Both the position numbers and the translations under genes were made by a program. Of a DNA stretch of 64,000 nucleotides, positions 25,900 to 40,227 are shown piece by piece. The notes beneath the pieces were generated by a model. It was not told the DNA's origin. It searched no databases and saw nothing but the letters and a program-made list of their open reading frames with translations. This DNA is from Cycas panzhihuaensis (Eukaryota > Plantae > Cycadophyta), in assembly GCA_023213395.1 (NCBI GenBank), contig CM041465.1, positions 232,569,741 through 232,633,740 of the forward strand, read 5' to 3'. The stretch's first letter is position 1, and each line of letters begins with the position of its first letter.

Positions 25900-28800
25900 T
25901 TGGATCTTCTAGTAAGATCAAGACTGTTGGTTTTGTTAGAAGGTGGAACTTAAGCGACGAAAGCTTTGAGTTTCCAAGTCATCTGCTAGCCTCAAGCCTT
26001 ATAACTTCAACATGGCTGCTATAAATATGCTTAATGCATGTACCATCAGATTAATAGGACAAGATAACTATCAAGAATGGAAGAGGGTAACACAAAACCT
26101 ATTAATAATGAACGAATTTTCAGGTTATGCTTTTGGAAGAATACCTCAACCTGTACCTGTTGAAGATGATGGTGTTATTGTTCATCCTGATCCTGCTGGT
26201 GTTGCTGCTTGGAAAGCCAAAGATGAAATTGCTTTGGCATTTTTACATATGATCATTGATGTCCATGTTGACCAAAATATTGTATGTGCAAAAACTTCTA
26301 AGGAAGCATGGGATGTTCTATCTTCTTTGTATGAAAGGCGAGATAAAGCTCGCATTTTGATGGTGAAAGCTAAATTGTATTGTTTGAAATTTGGCAAGCC
26401 TATGTCGACTTTTCTTTCCTCCATCAAGGAGATATGTAATGAATTGAACACATTGGGTAAACCTGTTTCCAGGGATGAGCTTGTAACAACAATTGTTAAA
26501 GCATTGCATAAAGATTATAATGGATTTATATCATCCACTAGATGAGATGGTTCACTTTCATGAATGTCTTTTAATGAACTTGAAAGTTTGTTACTACAAG
26601 AGGAGTAGATTTATATCAAGGAAGATGATGATGAGCCATCCACTTCAGGAGCATTCACGACCAAATTAAAGGCCAAGCAAAATCCCAAACCATCACTCTC
26701 AAAGCATTTTGGGAACATGAACATTGGTTCCTCAAAGACCAATGTTATCTGTCATTATTGTGGCAAAGTGGGCCACATAACTCCTGATTGTATAAAGAAA
26801 TAAGCTGATCTCTAGCACACACGACAATAGCTGCAGCCACTTCAACAGCATCAGAGACAGGAACAACCATGTCAACAATTGTAACAACAGCAACGGTTTC
26901 AACAACAGCAGCAGCAACAACCCCCTTGACCAAATCGAGGTGCATATTGAGGAGGTCAAAGAGGAAGGGGGGGTTTTAGAGGTGGCAATCAACACCACTT
27001 TAATCAATTTACAGATGAGGATAAGCTATTTTGTGCTTATCATACCTCCAAGATTGATCAAACTTGGATCATTGACTCAGTGGCAACTCAACACATGACT
27101 GGGAGTGAAGAACTCCTTTGTGACATCAAGGAAGGAAAGGGTCAATCAGTGACCTCCGGCAACAATGAGTCAGTTAAGATTTCTAGCATAAGCACAATTG
27201 TCTCTTTTCATTCTCTTTCTAATCCTTTATTCACATTTCCCAATGGTGATGCCTACCTTATACCTTCCATGGAGAAGAGTCTGCTATCTGTTAGCAAATT
27301 GGACAAGCAACAGATGAGCATTTTGTTCAAAAATGTGAAATGTGTAATAAGTGACAAGAATGATCGGGTGGTGGCTATTGGATATGAGGATTATGGCTTC
27401 TACAAGTTGGATGCTAATAATATAATACTTGATTCTGCTTATTCTAGCTTAATTGTCACTCAATCTTTGTCCAAGATGCAACTTTAGCATCAACGTCTAG
27501 GCAACTTGAGCTTAGACAATATCAAGTAGATGATAAACAAGAATATGGTGCATGGGCTTCCAAAGATGTATGGCTCAAAATGTCTTTGTGAAGCATGTAT
27601 AATGGGGACACAACATTGATTGCCTTTCCCTAAATGCAAAGCTTGGCGTGCATCGTATCCTTTGCAGTTGATACATTCGGATTTGTGTGCACCTATGTCC
27701 ACCGCATCCTTTGGGGGAGCTTTGTATCACATCTCCTTCATTGACGATTTCTTCCACAAAGTTTGGGTTTACTTCATCAAACACAAGTCTGAAGCATTCC
27801 AAAAGTTTAAGGAATTCAAGCTTGAAGTGGAGAATGAGTCTAGCCATTCAATCAAAATTCTAAGGTCAGACAATGGAGGTGAATTCACTTCAAAGGAATT
27901 CACCCAATTCTGCAAGGATAACAACATTCAGAGACAACTCACCAATCCTCACACTCTTCAATAAAATGAAGTCTTTGTATGCATGAATAGAACTTTGGCA
28001 AACAAAGCCAAAGCAATGATGAATACAAAAGGACTCACTCGGGCTTACTGGGCAAAAGCATTCCACACAACTACCTATGTGGCAAATTAGAGTTCTACTT
28101 CAGTAGTCATCGACATCACACCAAAGGAGGCTTGGTTTGGAAAAAGGCCAACTGTTAGCCATTTGAGGACATTTGGGTGCATTGCTTATATGCACATCCT
28201 GGATCAACAGAGATCAAAATTAGACAAGCATAGTGTAAAATGCATCTTTATGGGTTATGCCATTCATAGCAAAGCTTACAAGTTGTATGATCCCATTGGG
28301 AAGAAAATGTATCTCTCAAGAGATGTCATCTTTGTTGAAGATGAACATAAGGAGTTGGATTCAGCATCCATCCAACCTCATGTTGGTAAAGGCAAAAAGA
28401 TTGTTGAGACTTTTCTTCCCTCTCAATCTTCAATACGATGCACATCATCTGCACTTGTTGGTCTGTCCACATTACCAGAATCAACTCCACTTGATTCTAG
28501 TACATCTTCTATTGATCAACCACTTAGACCAGAAGATCTTGAGGTTCAAGTTACATTAGCCAAAAAGTTGCCCAAATGGTATACTCAGACTATTTAGGAT
28601 GGCCAGATTGTTGAAGGAAAACGTCCGTCAAAATATAGGCAGCAAACGAATTATGCACTTATGGTTGAAGTGTTTTTTGTTGATGAGCCTTCCACTTTTG
28701 AAGAGGCTTCTAAAAATGAAAATTGGAAGGTTGTCATGGATGAAGAAATCCATTCTATTAAAAAGAATGGAACTTGGGATTTGATTGAATTGCCTAAACA

Positions 28801-30867
28801 CAAATAGGCAATCAGTTACAAGTAGGTCTACAAGACCAAATTCCATTTTGATGGTACACTTAAGCGCTAAAAGGTCTGACTTGTTGCAAAGGGCTTCAAA
28901 CAAAAAGAAGGCATAGATTATGAGGAGACTTTTGCACTTGTCGCCAACATGAACACCATCAGACTCATCTTGGCCTTAGCAGCTCAATGCAAATGGGCGG
29001 TTTATTAGATGGATGTGAAGAGTGCCTTTCTCAATGGCGATCTTTAAGAGGAGGTATACTTGGAGCAACATCCTGGTTACAAAGTACAAGGCAAGGAGCA
29101 CTTAGTTTGTCGCCGAAAAAAAGCGTTGTATGGTTTGAAACAAGCTCCAAGAGCATGGTACTCAAAGATTGATGATTATTTTTTAAGACATGGGTATCAT
29201 CGATCTACTTCAGATCCTAACTTGTACATCAAAGTTGGGAAAGACCATGCTATCTTCATTGTCATGTATGTTGATGACTTAGTGATCACTGGCAATGACA
29301 CTAAGATGGTACAGATTCTCCAGGATGATTTGAAGAGGAGTTTCAAGATGACAGATCTTGGACTTCTCAATTATTTTTTAGGCTTTGAAGTATGGCAACA
29401 GCCAGGCTATATCTTCATCTCACAAGCCAAATATTCTTGGGATATTTTGCAGCGGTTCAGGATGCATGACTCCAAATCAGCGCCTACACCCATGCAGAGT
29501 GGAACAAAGCTTACTCTCAATGAGGAAGCTGAACCAACATATCCCACTCTTTATCCGCAGTTGATTGGTAGCCTCATTTATCTTACCAACACTCGCCTAG
29601 ACATCTCATTTGCAGTTGGGATTTGCTCTAGATGCATGACACAACCCAATCAAAAGCATTGAAATGCAGCCAAACGCATATTTGAATACATCAAAGGCAC
29701 ATTGCAGTATGGCCTTTAGTATGCACATGATGAGAACTTCACTCTGGAAGGGTGCTCAGATTCTGATTGGGCAGGTTGCTAAGATAGCAGGAGATCAATC
29801 TCGGGTTATTGTTTTACCCTTGGTTCAGGAGTTGTTTCGTGGAGTTGCAAGAAGCAATCCAATGTTACCTTGTCCTCCACCGAAGTAGAGTACAATGCTG
29901 CAGTCAGCGTAGCTTTGGAAGCTATCTGGCTACGATAGATTCTTAGGGAGCTTGGCTTTGAGCAAGATCACCCCACCAAGATATATTGTGACAATCAAAG
30001 TGTGCTCAAGTTGGCCAAAAATCTTGTTTTTCATGCAAGGGCCAACCATATTGAGGTTCATCATCACTTAATGAGAGCGCATGTGCAGAATGGTGAGATC
30101 AACCTCCAGTATAGACCTACAGAGTAGCAGACAGTAGATATTTGTACCAGGCCACTTAGCAGAGAAAAATTTGTAAAATTTAGAGATGGTCTAGGGGTCC
30201 GACTTAAGATTGTAAACAGTAAGGTGGGGTGTTAAACCTTATGTCTACATGTTAAGTATATGTACTTTATTTTTCATGTATTATTTGTACTTTTGTACTT
30301 TATGGGGTGACTTATCACTTAAGTGATAAAGTGCACACCCTCATTCTTGCTTAGTGACACAACGTCGTTACTTAAGGGTCAAATGGACTCGCATGCACTT
30401 TTGCTCACTTGAGAGCCCAAAAGGACATATGTCCTATATGCAAGGCATGTACCCTGGATGTTTGACACTTGTCAAACATCCAATGCCTTAGGTCTCTTCT
30501 ATCACTCTATATATTGAGACCTTTTCTCATGTTTCTCATATATAGAGTTGGAGATGTATTGTCAAACATCCAATACCTTAGGTCTCTTCTATCACTCTAT
30601 ATATTGAGACCTTTTCTCATGTTTCTCATATATAGAGTTGGTGTTGTATTGTTATGCTACCAGTTTGCTAATCAAACTGATATTCATTTGGAGATTGGAC
30701 CAATTCCATCTCTTCCCATTTGGTATCATTTGCTCCCTCTCTTTGTGCTTTGATCTTGCTCATGTTGATCTTACTTTCATTGTTAGTCTAGATTTCTTAT
30801 TTTATGGAACTAGAGTGAATCTATCTCCTAGATCTTGGGTTTCATAGGCCTTTTGGCCTTTTCAACA
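25900..30867 (+). mobile_element. 5'-truncated Ty1/copia family B copy; gag from 26012; 3' LTR 30230-30867
   Basis: Colinear with 8946-13784 from TTGGATCTTCTAGTAAGATC onward; many stops; LTR carries a 90-bp internal tandem duplication. Confidence 0.95.
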
Positions 30868-33800
30868 CATTTCTCATCATCCTCCTTGTTGTAGAGGAAA
30901 TTGTCCCTAATTTTATGGATTTCGATAGATATACAAGAGGTAATCTGTAATTTTTAGGGCAAACTATTCCATATTTTCTTTGTTTATTGGGAAGAAAGCT
31001 GATGTCATATGAGATTGCTTGATACCAAGAAGTGCTTTTGATGGGTATGCTGGTGAGGAATCTCACATGACAACCACTGGCTATTGGCAAAAGACAACTA
31101 TTGATAAGAGATCTCTAGGTATCTTCTTGGTGACTGTAAATTAGGGTGCCTCAAGAGGTTTGTGTTTAATGGACATTGAAGGAAAGTCACATAGAATAGG
31201 ATTTATTTAATTATACGCTTTCTCAGTGTGGTGTACACTTGGCACAATGTTTTGCCTTATTGTGTGTGATGGGATCGAATTTGCTAGGATGTTTAGGATG
31301 CTTGCATGTTCATTTGAAATCATAGTTGTAGGTGCACTCGTTGGCAAGGTCTGAGGGTGATCCTCATATTGCTCTACTTGCTCTTGAGTAGGCATCATTA
31401 ATGTTGTTGTAGAGTTTCTTGGTAATGGTGGTGGAGATAATTGTTGAAGCATTTGCATTTAAGGAGTGTCTAATTTGGTCACTAGTCTCTTAAATAAATT
31501 GGTGCATTTTTTGACAAGACTAGTGAGTCTGGCTACTTGTAAACCCATTCTTCAAATGATAGGAGACAATGCTAAATGGAGCTCATAGATTGTCTTTGTA
31601 TCTTTGCAATTGATATATATTTGTGAGCTTGTAATAGATTGCTTCTCTGTCATATTCATAGGGTCTTTCCAAAAGAAGTTCACAGCAATCCATGGGGGTT
31701 ATGTCATGGGTGACTGTGTCTATATAGGGATTCATTACAAAAGTTACATGATAGGCTCTATGAATCCTGGTTTGTAGTGCTTTTTCTTTTTTAACCCATC
31801 CAAGTGTATAAGGATTAGAATGAGGCTTTATAGAGAGATTGAGATCCTAATAGGTTTATTAGATACTGAGTTTGTTATATTATCATTGTTATGATCCAGA
31901 ATACAATGTGGTCCTTGACTTGGCAATTTTGAGTAAAGAGTGCTTCTCTTGTTGAAGCATTGTAGTCCTTAGTCATCAAGAGAAGGTTTGGAACTACCAC
32001 CATTTGATTGGTGATAAAGTACTATGGGTATTTGTATCATATCGCTTGATGTACCAATTTCCTCACTCGGTGTGTTAACTTCCTCTTCAACTACCTTGGG
32101 TTTTGCTTTCGCTTTGTGCTGCTACTTTTGCTTCCAACATTCTTCATTAGAGTGACTACTAGTCTTGTGCAGTGTGTAATACTTGGCTATTCACTTTGTT
32201 GCTATTGAAGGATCAACTTCATCTATTGCCTTTCTCTGATTGAAAGGTTGCTTGGTGGCCATTGCAGTTGTTGTTGTTGTTGAGGTCTAATAGGAGGTTT
32301 CCTATGGAGCTTGCTTCCCACCTTCAGTGCGTACTAGAAAGCCTCATCTAAGGAGGAGATATTTATTAAGTCCAATTGTTGTTGTAGGGATGGGAAAAGT
32401 CCACTTAAGAATTTGAGGTTGAGGGTGTGCTTAGAATTCTTGGACTCTACTATTATGATCATTTTATTAAAAATATTAATATATTGCTAGGCAAATTGTT
32501 TGGTTTGTTGTTGTGATTGCAAGCACTTCTTTTCCTTTTTATCTTTATACCTAGTGGGGTAAAATGATTTTTTAAGAATTGTTTTAAAATCATCCTATGT
32601 TGTTGCTACGGCATGTGTGTTTACATATGATTGCTACCAAATGAGCGCTTGCTCTGACATATGTATCTCTATCACAACAATCTTTTGTTCAGTGGTCAGG
32701 CTTTGACATTTGAAATAAGCCTCAATGCTCTAAATCCAATTATCTAAGGCTTTAACATTTATGGTGCTATGAAACTTTGGAATAGTTATCTGAATGTCCA
32801 ATTGGAACAATGACTGCTGGATAGGGATTGTTGTGGGGGTTTGATTTTGTTGAGATTGTTGGGCTTGAAAAATCTATTGGGTTTGTTGGATCATCATTTG
32901 TTGAAACATTGTTATAACGTTTTGCATCATCTAGTTGAGCACTCACTTATTGATAAAGTGAAACTTCCACCAATTTTGGAAAAATTAGGGAAGGCTCTTT
33001 CGAGCTATTTTTGATGCCTTCAACCATCTCTTCTGTAGGGGGCACCTATTTTCTTGTGCATGGTATACTGTGCTAAAAAAGAATGCAAGAATTGGTATAA
33101 GTTTTACTTAGTTGCTTTTGCACATGGCAATTTTTAATGACCAAGAATTTTTTGGCGAGTATTAAAATTTCATATCACATGTTCTTGCTTTTAGGAGAAT
33201 TGATTAAAACCACAAGAAACATAGGTTTTCACAATTTACGAGTGACTTTTTTAATGCTTTTAATTCGCTATACTATTGGTCACCATTTATTTTATCAGAA
33301 AATTATGTTAATCTTGCCCCACTTTTCATATTCACCAATTGTAAAAATGATTGTTTTTAGATTATATTATGTGTAGATTTTTGAGATAATTATCTTCTCT
33401 AGCCTTGACCCCTTTTGGATAACAAACTATAACATATTTTTGAAAATTTTAACTTTAAATTTAAAGAGGAAGAATATGCTGTTTGGAAAATGAGAATATG
33501 TTAATTTTTGTCCTTGACCTTAGGAAAAACCAATTTTTTTTTGATTCTTTGTTTGTATGTCGATTTTTTGCTTGCAATTTTTGTAGGTTTTGTGGGCGAT
33601 TTTCTTTTTGCACCAATATGGCGATTTTGTTCAAATTCACTCACTCGAGTGTCTCTCTTCATTCTTGGGCTTTGGGATGGGTACGTTTGTGCCTTTTTCA
33701 TTTGCTAGACAGTCCAATGGTCGTCATGCTTTAATGTTCTTTGTTGAGTGGTGTCTCAAGCATCTTCGTTGTTCTTGTTTTTCATGGCAATTTACAAATC

Positions 33801-34696
33801 TTCTTCATGGTTTCCTCAACGTGTCCAAAAGCTTCGATGTTTTCCTCCATGAGGCTTCAATCCCATTTGGCATCATCTTCAAGCAGGGTGTTAGGGCATC
33901 TTGTGGTCATCATAGCCCTCGTCCTTACACAGCATAGGGCACCGTGCTTTTCTCTGCAATGTGCTTTGATGGCAGGCAATCATATTTGGGCTATGTCGTT
34001 GAAGGTTGGTTACGACATTTTGTGGTTGCCCTTTTCACATGACTAGGGTGAGGACTTTCATTAGCACAAACCCTTCTCAAGGGAAATGTTAGGGCATTAT
34101 TGGATTTTCTCATTCATCTTCGGGCAAATGTTAGGGTATCATAGGATTTCTCAACATTGATTTTTTTTGCTTCACACCCTTTGTCTATAGGTTTCCATAG
34201 GCTTTGTCTTTCTTGGACTGCTTCTTTTGAGACGTCTGTTTGTTTTCTCTAGAAACTTATCTAGCAATTAAATTGTTGGAATGTTGAGGTTAATACATCT
34301 TAGCTTTCCCTCGGATTTCATAGAATTTCTTGCATTCAAATAGAAATTCAATAATTGACTAACCTGATTGCAGGCTTTGATACCAATTGATGTGCATTTC
34401 TTGTGATTGAAAACTAAGAGAACATTGCCTGAACATTAGGGATTGTTGAAGAGGTGATGTAGATGAAATTCTCTTCTATTATCTATGAGAAATAGATTAT
34501 AATCACACATACGCTCATGCTTGTACAATGGCATGCCTCGCAATTTATGTTGACAGTTTCTAACCACTTAATAACCCTAAACTACCTAGCCAATTGACTA
34601 ATCTAGTTAGTTTTACAAATTCAACAATTGATAAGTTTAATTAATTGACTAAATGACCTAAGTGTACTCTAGTATAATTTATTACACATTACATCA
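30868..34696 (-). mobile_element. CRM-like chromoviral Ty3/gypsy element: 5' LTR 34388-34696, PBS 34374-34385, decayed gag (~32000-33000) and protease (~31650-31950)
   Basis: TGATG...CATCA LTR ends; gag ITIPKFHSTINVKALDNWI...EQALIW; protease PHSNPYTLGWV and PMDCCELLLERPYEYDR. Confidence 0.8.
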
Positions 34697-37600
34697 TATA
34701 ATGCCATAATATATGGATGGGTATTTCTCGTCATGTAGTCCTAGATCTCCAAGAATCTGTTTCAACTAGATGGCTTCACATGTTCAAATTGCAAGTTTGT
34801 ATTCTGTGTTAGTCAATGAGAGTGCAATATTAGGCTGCTTCTTGTTGCTTCAAGTTACAATAATAGATCCAAGATTGAAACAGTATCATGATGTAGACAT
34901 TTTATTGTCAATGCATCCAACTCAATGAGAGGTGAATACCCTTCCGAACTAGAAACTGTTGGATGAATTCCAAACCATATTGCAGAGTTCCTTGCAAGTA
35001 GCTCAAGATCCTCTTAAAAGCTTTCCAGTGGCTCTGCTTTGGCTTTGTCATGAATTGGAAAATCATCCAAACTATAAGGGTGATATGTGCCCTAGTTGTA
35101 GTTAGGTAGATAAGATTACCAACTAGTTGCTTGTACAATGTGCCATTTGCCTGTTTTTCATCATCTTAAGCTAATAATTTTGTACCTGTTACCATTTGGG
35201 TAGGTTTAGTTTTACATGTTTCCATTATGCAGTCCTTTAGAATCTCCCAAATATACTTAGCTTGTGAAATGAATATCTTACTAGGCTTTGACAAACTTCT
35301 ACTCCACAAAAGTACTGGAGTAGTCAAAGATTTGTCATCGCAGAGCTATTTTTGAGATCTTTCTTTAGGTATTCAACCATCGAGATATAATTTCTTGTTA
35401 TGAGCAAAACATCCACGTATAGGATCATGAAGTTAACAAACCTTTTATCTCAAACTTTGATGTATATATTTGGATCAATTGTCAGTCTTCAGAATCCATT
35501 TTTCTAAAAATATTGATCGATCTTGGAGTCGTAGTGTCTTGGAGCCTGCTTTAAGCCATATGAAACTTTCTTCAAGCGACATATCATATGTTCTTTACCT
35601 TCTCCATATATCTAGGTGGTTGCTTCATGCGGACTTGTTTTGATAATTTTCTTTAAGGAAAGCACTTTTGACATCAAGTTAGTGTAGCTGCCATCTGAAT
35701 TAAGCAGTTATTGCTAATATGATCTTTCTTGTCATCATCTTTGCCATTGGAGCAAATACTTACTGGTAGTTGATACTTTCTTTTTGCTTGAAGTCTTTTG
35801 CCACCAATTTGGCTTTATGTTTCTCAATTGAGCCATTAGATCCAAATTTAGTTTTATAAATCTATCTACAATCAATTGCTTGCTTGTTGGCTATCAATTC
35901 AACCAAGTCCCTAGTCTTGTTCCTTCTCACTACTTGAATTTTAACATCTATTGCAACTTTCCACTTCTGTGCTTAGCTTGCCTCCTCGAGAGTGGAAGGC
36001 TTATTTGCATTGAGGACTTGTGTCATGAGAGAAAAATTGGTCTATTTTCGTTTCATTTTTGACTTTTTCCTTCATTTAATATTAGGTAATTGAGCATTTG
36101 TGATGGTTTTTAGGTACCATTTGCAAATTTTTGTGTTGGAGGAATGATCTTAGGGTATGATTCTTTAGATTGAGCATCTTCGTTTCCTCATCTTGATCAT
36201 CAACATCAGTCAATGTATTGACTACTTTTGTGTTTGGCATGACAATCTCCCTTGAAGGACTAGATTCTAGTTGTTCCTCAGTTTATTTTCCTTTCCCTCG
36301 CTTAATCTGCAAAGAACCTATGTCTATCTCCCTCTTACCTTCTTCAAGGATGACATCATGAGTTGTATGCACCTTTTTGGTCTTCAACTCGTATGCCTGT
36401 TATGCTTTGCTTTCTTCATTGTACTTAATGGAGATACACTTGGAACTTTTATCATTGAACATTTGTTGTTTCTCCTTTGGAACATGCATATATGTAGTGC
36501 ACCTAAAGATTCTCAAATGGTTCACAGTTGGCTTTCTACTTGACTCTACTTTGTTTAGTGTCACATTCCACACTTCCTTTATGGAATTTTTGTGGGTTAG
36601 ATAGCCTGTTGTATATGCAACCTCTACATGAAAAGATTCTGACAAGTTTTTTACTTCTAACATGGACATGGCTTTTGTTAGTAGAGTCTTGTTCATTCTT
36701 TTTTGTGACTCCATTGTGCCATGGTTTATATGGAACTATCAACTGTTTTTGAATACTGTGATCCTTTCAATGCTGTTCAAATGCTTTGCAGGTGAATTCT
36801 CCTTCATTGTCTAAATTGAGGATTTTCAATCTCTGACTACATTCGTTTTCTACTTTCTTCTTGAATTTTCTAGAAACATGAAAAGTTTGGGACTTCTCCT
36901 TTATGTGATAGACCGAAATTTTTCTAGAGAAATTGTTAATTAAGGTGAGAGTATTGTGCACGTCCAAGTGATGTGGTTGGCATTGGACTAAAGATGTTAG
37001 AGTGGACTAGGCTTGGCTTTTTCTTCAGTCTCCTAGCTCTTTCTTTTTCAAATGTCTCCTAGTGTTGCTTTCCCATTATGCGTGGTTCACACAAACCATT
37101 TCTAATAAGGAGTTTGGGAAGATCACACACCGTGTTTAATTTAAACATCAATTGGAGACAAGAACAACACGAATGTCCCATCCCTTCATGCCATAATTGA
37201 TTTTGGTTGTCACATTTGAAGTGGGGGTTCTTTGATTTACAAATATACCCTTAAGCCTATAGAGCCCATCCTCCTTGACACTTACAATTTTCCTTTTATA
37301 ATCTCTGATAGTACATTTTTTTGCATTCAAACTGAAAACTTGTGTTATTGTTCTCAATGTCACTAACATAGATCAAATTCTTCTTCAAACTTGAACATAC
37401 AGTACATCTTCAATGTAGTAATCCTCACTATAATATGTAATGCTAAGAACCTTACCCATTCCTTCAACTTTTAGCATTGTGTCATTACCAAGTGTCATTG
37501 TTTGATTAGTCACTTCCCATGTGTGTTTGAACCACTTCAGTTATGTATTTGGTTGTGTTTGAGTCAATATATCATATCTTATTAGAATTATAATTGGTTT

Positions 37601-37850
37601 GATAAGTTACAACAAAGAATTTCTTCCCCTTTTCACCTTTATCTGAAAAATGACAAGAGAAGTGTCTTGATTGCTACTTTGTGCTCTCCTGATTTTTGAT
37701 TCTTCTTATCAAACTACAACTTCCTATAGTTCTTGACGTATTTAGGTTTGCTACAATAATAGCTCAAGTTTCTTTGTCCTAATGTTTAGGACTTTCTTGA
37801 ACATAGTGTTTTTTGGAAGTATACATCTTTGGGATGAAGGACTTCTTCTC
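34697..37850 (-). mobile_element. Decayed Ty1/copia pol fragment (PR, INT, RT, start of RNase H)
   Basis: YKQLVGNLIYLTTTR, HWKAFKRIL, HLRIFRC, LKILNLDNEGEF remnants. Confidence 0.9.
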
Positions 37851-38326
37851 CTTAGATTTTTTTTTTTTTTTGTTTGACAAATAAAATCCCTGCAAAGTGG
37901 GGTTGACCCTTCAGTATAAGATGCCCGCATGAGAAGGGAATCTATTTCACCAAAATCGCTTAGGCCTTGCACTTAGCCTTGCTTGCTTTGGAGGCAACTA
38001 TAACAACTAGCCTCAAACCCTCTGAACTACTTGAGGCAAACACAATGCGTAAAATGTTCAAAAGAGCCTTCAAACACTTGCTCATATTTTTATCAATCCT
38101 TTAGATCCGATGAGCATGTTGATACATCTAACGATCAATAATAACTGCATCATGTTGATTTGCCATAAATACCTCGAGGTTCGGACAATCACCATATTGC
38201 GTGCGCCTATTAGTAGCGACATGCAACTAATCCATGCTAACATCGGTCATTGTGATGCTTGTTAATTATTTATGGGTAATTTGTTGCTTGCTTGCACCTG
38301 CATGTTGGTGCACCAAGCTCTATAAT

Positions 38327-40227
38327 TGTTGGAAAATAGAACTTGCAATAAGATATTGACAAACAAAACAGAACACCTCCACAGGATTGAATGGTACCCT
38401 TAAGGTACCTCCATTGTATTAACAAAACATCATTACAACATCCTTACATATGATACACAATATTGTGTATTTATAATACAAGTCATATTGGAAGAGTAGG
38501 ACCCACTTGCATGTGGGATAAATCAAATGTACATTAATATTCTAACACTCCCCCTTAATGTACATTTGGGTCATTCGTATTTGCAACGCTTTGTCCTTGG
38601 AAATGTCTTGAAAATGATGTCTTCAACTTGATCCTTGTCTTCAAACTTGTAGTGATGTCTTTGTTGTAGAATGATGTCTTCATCTTGATTTGTGTCTTCA
38701 ATTATGTACTGCTGCCTTTGTAGAATGATATCTTCAGCTTGATTTCCATCTTCAATTCTGTAGTGACGATGTTGATGTAGTTGCTCTAGTAAGTATAAAT
38801 CTTGTTTCTTTATTGCGGCTGGTGTAGTCTGATCAAGATCATGTAAGTAACCATCTTCAATCACAACTTGCATGTCATCATTATTTTGTATAAACTCTTG
38901 ATCATCATGTACAACAGTGACTTCTTTAATTTTTGGAGCAGAATCTTGATCAATTAGCATACTTTTTGAACTTCAATCAATGCTTAAAGAAGGAACATCA
39001 TCAATATAAGACTCATCCTTTATGGGATCATTAGATTCAATTTCTCTTGAAATCAATTCATCACTTTCAATGTCTTCATCTGTAATCTCATCAATGCATT
39101 CAACAGTAGAAGTTTCGTCAGTGCTCATACATTCTTCATCTTCACATGCTGGTTCATCAGTGTTGATGATACTTTCTTCATTCATTGTACCTGTACCATA
39201 ACTAGCCTTAATTGCCTTTTCAATCATTCGTTGTGTTTTTTCAGGAGTTTGTTCAAATACTTCCCTTAGAAAATCCCAAGCTTCTTTAGCATTACTTGCA
39301 TGTAGAATCATAGAAATAACAAAATGAAATTTGGAGGGAAGATCAATCTCATTGAATGCAGCACAAATCATAATGAATGCCATTCTATCTTTCTTCTCAA
39401 GCATTTCTTTTTCTTCATCATCATTAGGGATATCATATTCATCAGTAACAATTTTCCACAAACCTCTAGCTATGAATAAACATCTCATTTTAATTGTCCA
39501 AAAGAAGTAGTCTTCACCATTGCACTTAGGTACTGGAAGAAATGAATCCTTCAAGTAATATTCATTTGTTTCAGGAGTATATATAACCACATCATTATCC
39601 TCCATGATTATAAATGCCATTTCCACATGCCATGTCCCTCACTTATCATTGGTAACTTGCCTATTGATCATACTCACCAAATTCTTTCATACCTCATATC
39701 GTTCACATCATTGACTTTATCCTCACATCATTGCCTGTAGTTAAAGTTATGGCTCCTTGAAGTTGAGGTTGCAGATCTGTTCAAAAAATACGGCGACGAA
39801 AAAATAGCAGGCCGAAATTAATTTTGCTGTAATTTTCGCATTTTCACCCCAAAATCTATAGCGCGACCACTCAAATTTTATAGAACGAGCTATTTCGTCT
39901 CAATTCCGCTGTTACTTTTTAGAAATTTCAACGTTATGGCACCTCCTAAATCACTGCTCTAATACTGAACAAAAACACCTCTCTCAACCTGGGCGCTCTA
40001 ATACCATGTTGGAAAATAGAACTTGCAATAAGATATTGACAAACAAAACAGAACACCTCCACAGGATTGAATGGTACCCTTAAGATACCTCCATTGTATT
40101 AACAAAACATCATTACAACATCCTTACATATGATACACAATATTGTGTATTTATAATACAAGTCATATTGGAAGAGTAGGACCCACTTGCATGTGGGATA
40201 AATCAAATGTACATTAATATTCTAACA
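38327..40227 (-). mobile_element. Young non-autonomous gag-only copia-type LTR element (TR-GAG-like), 1901 bp
   Basis: 221-bp LTRs 38327-38547 and 40007-40227 differ at 1 nt; TSD ATAAT on both sides; PBS 39995-40006; PPT 38548-38556; no pol. Confidence 0.95.
38571..39620 (-). CDS. copia gag N-terminal domain fused to an acidic/repetitive tail (~350 codons, one in-frame TGA at 38973-38975)
   Basis: VPKCNGEDYFFWTIKMRCLFIARGLWKIV and AKEAWDFLREVF are copia gag motifs; ORFs 38973-39626 and 38571-38960 share a frame. Confidence 0.75.
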
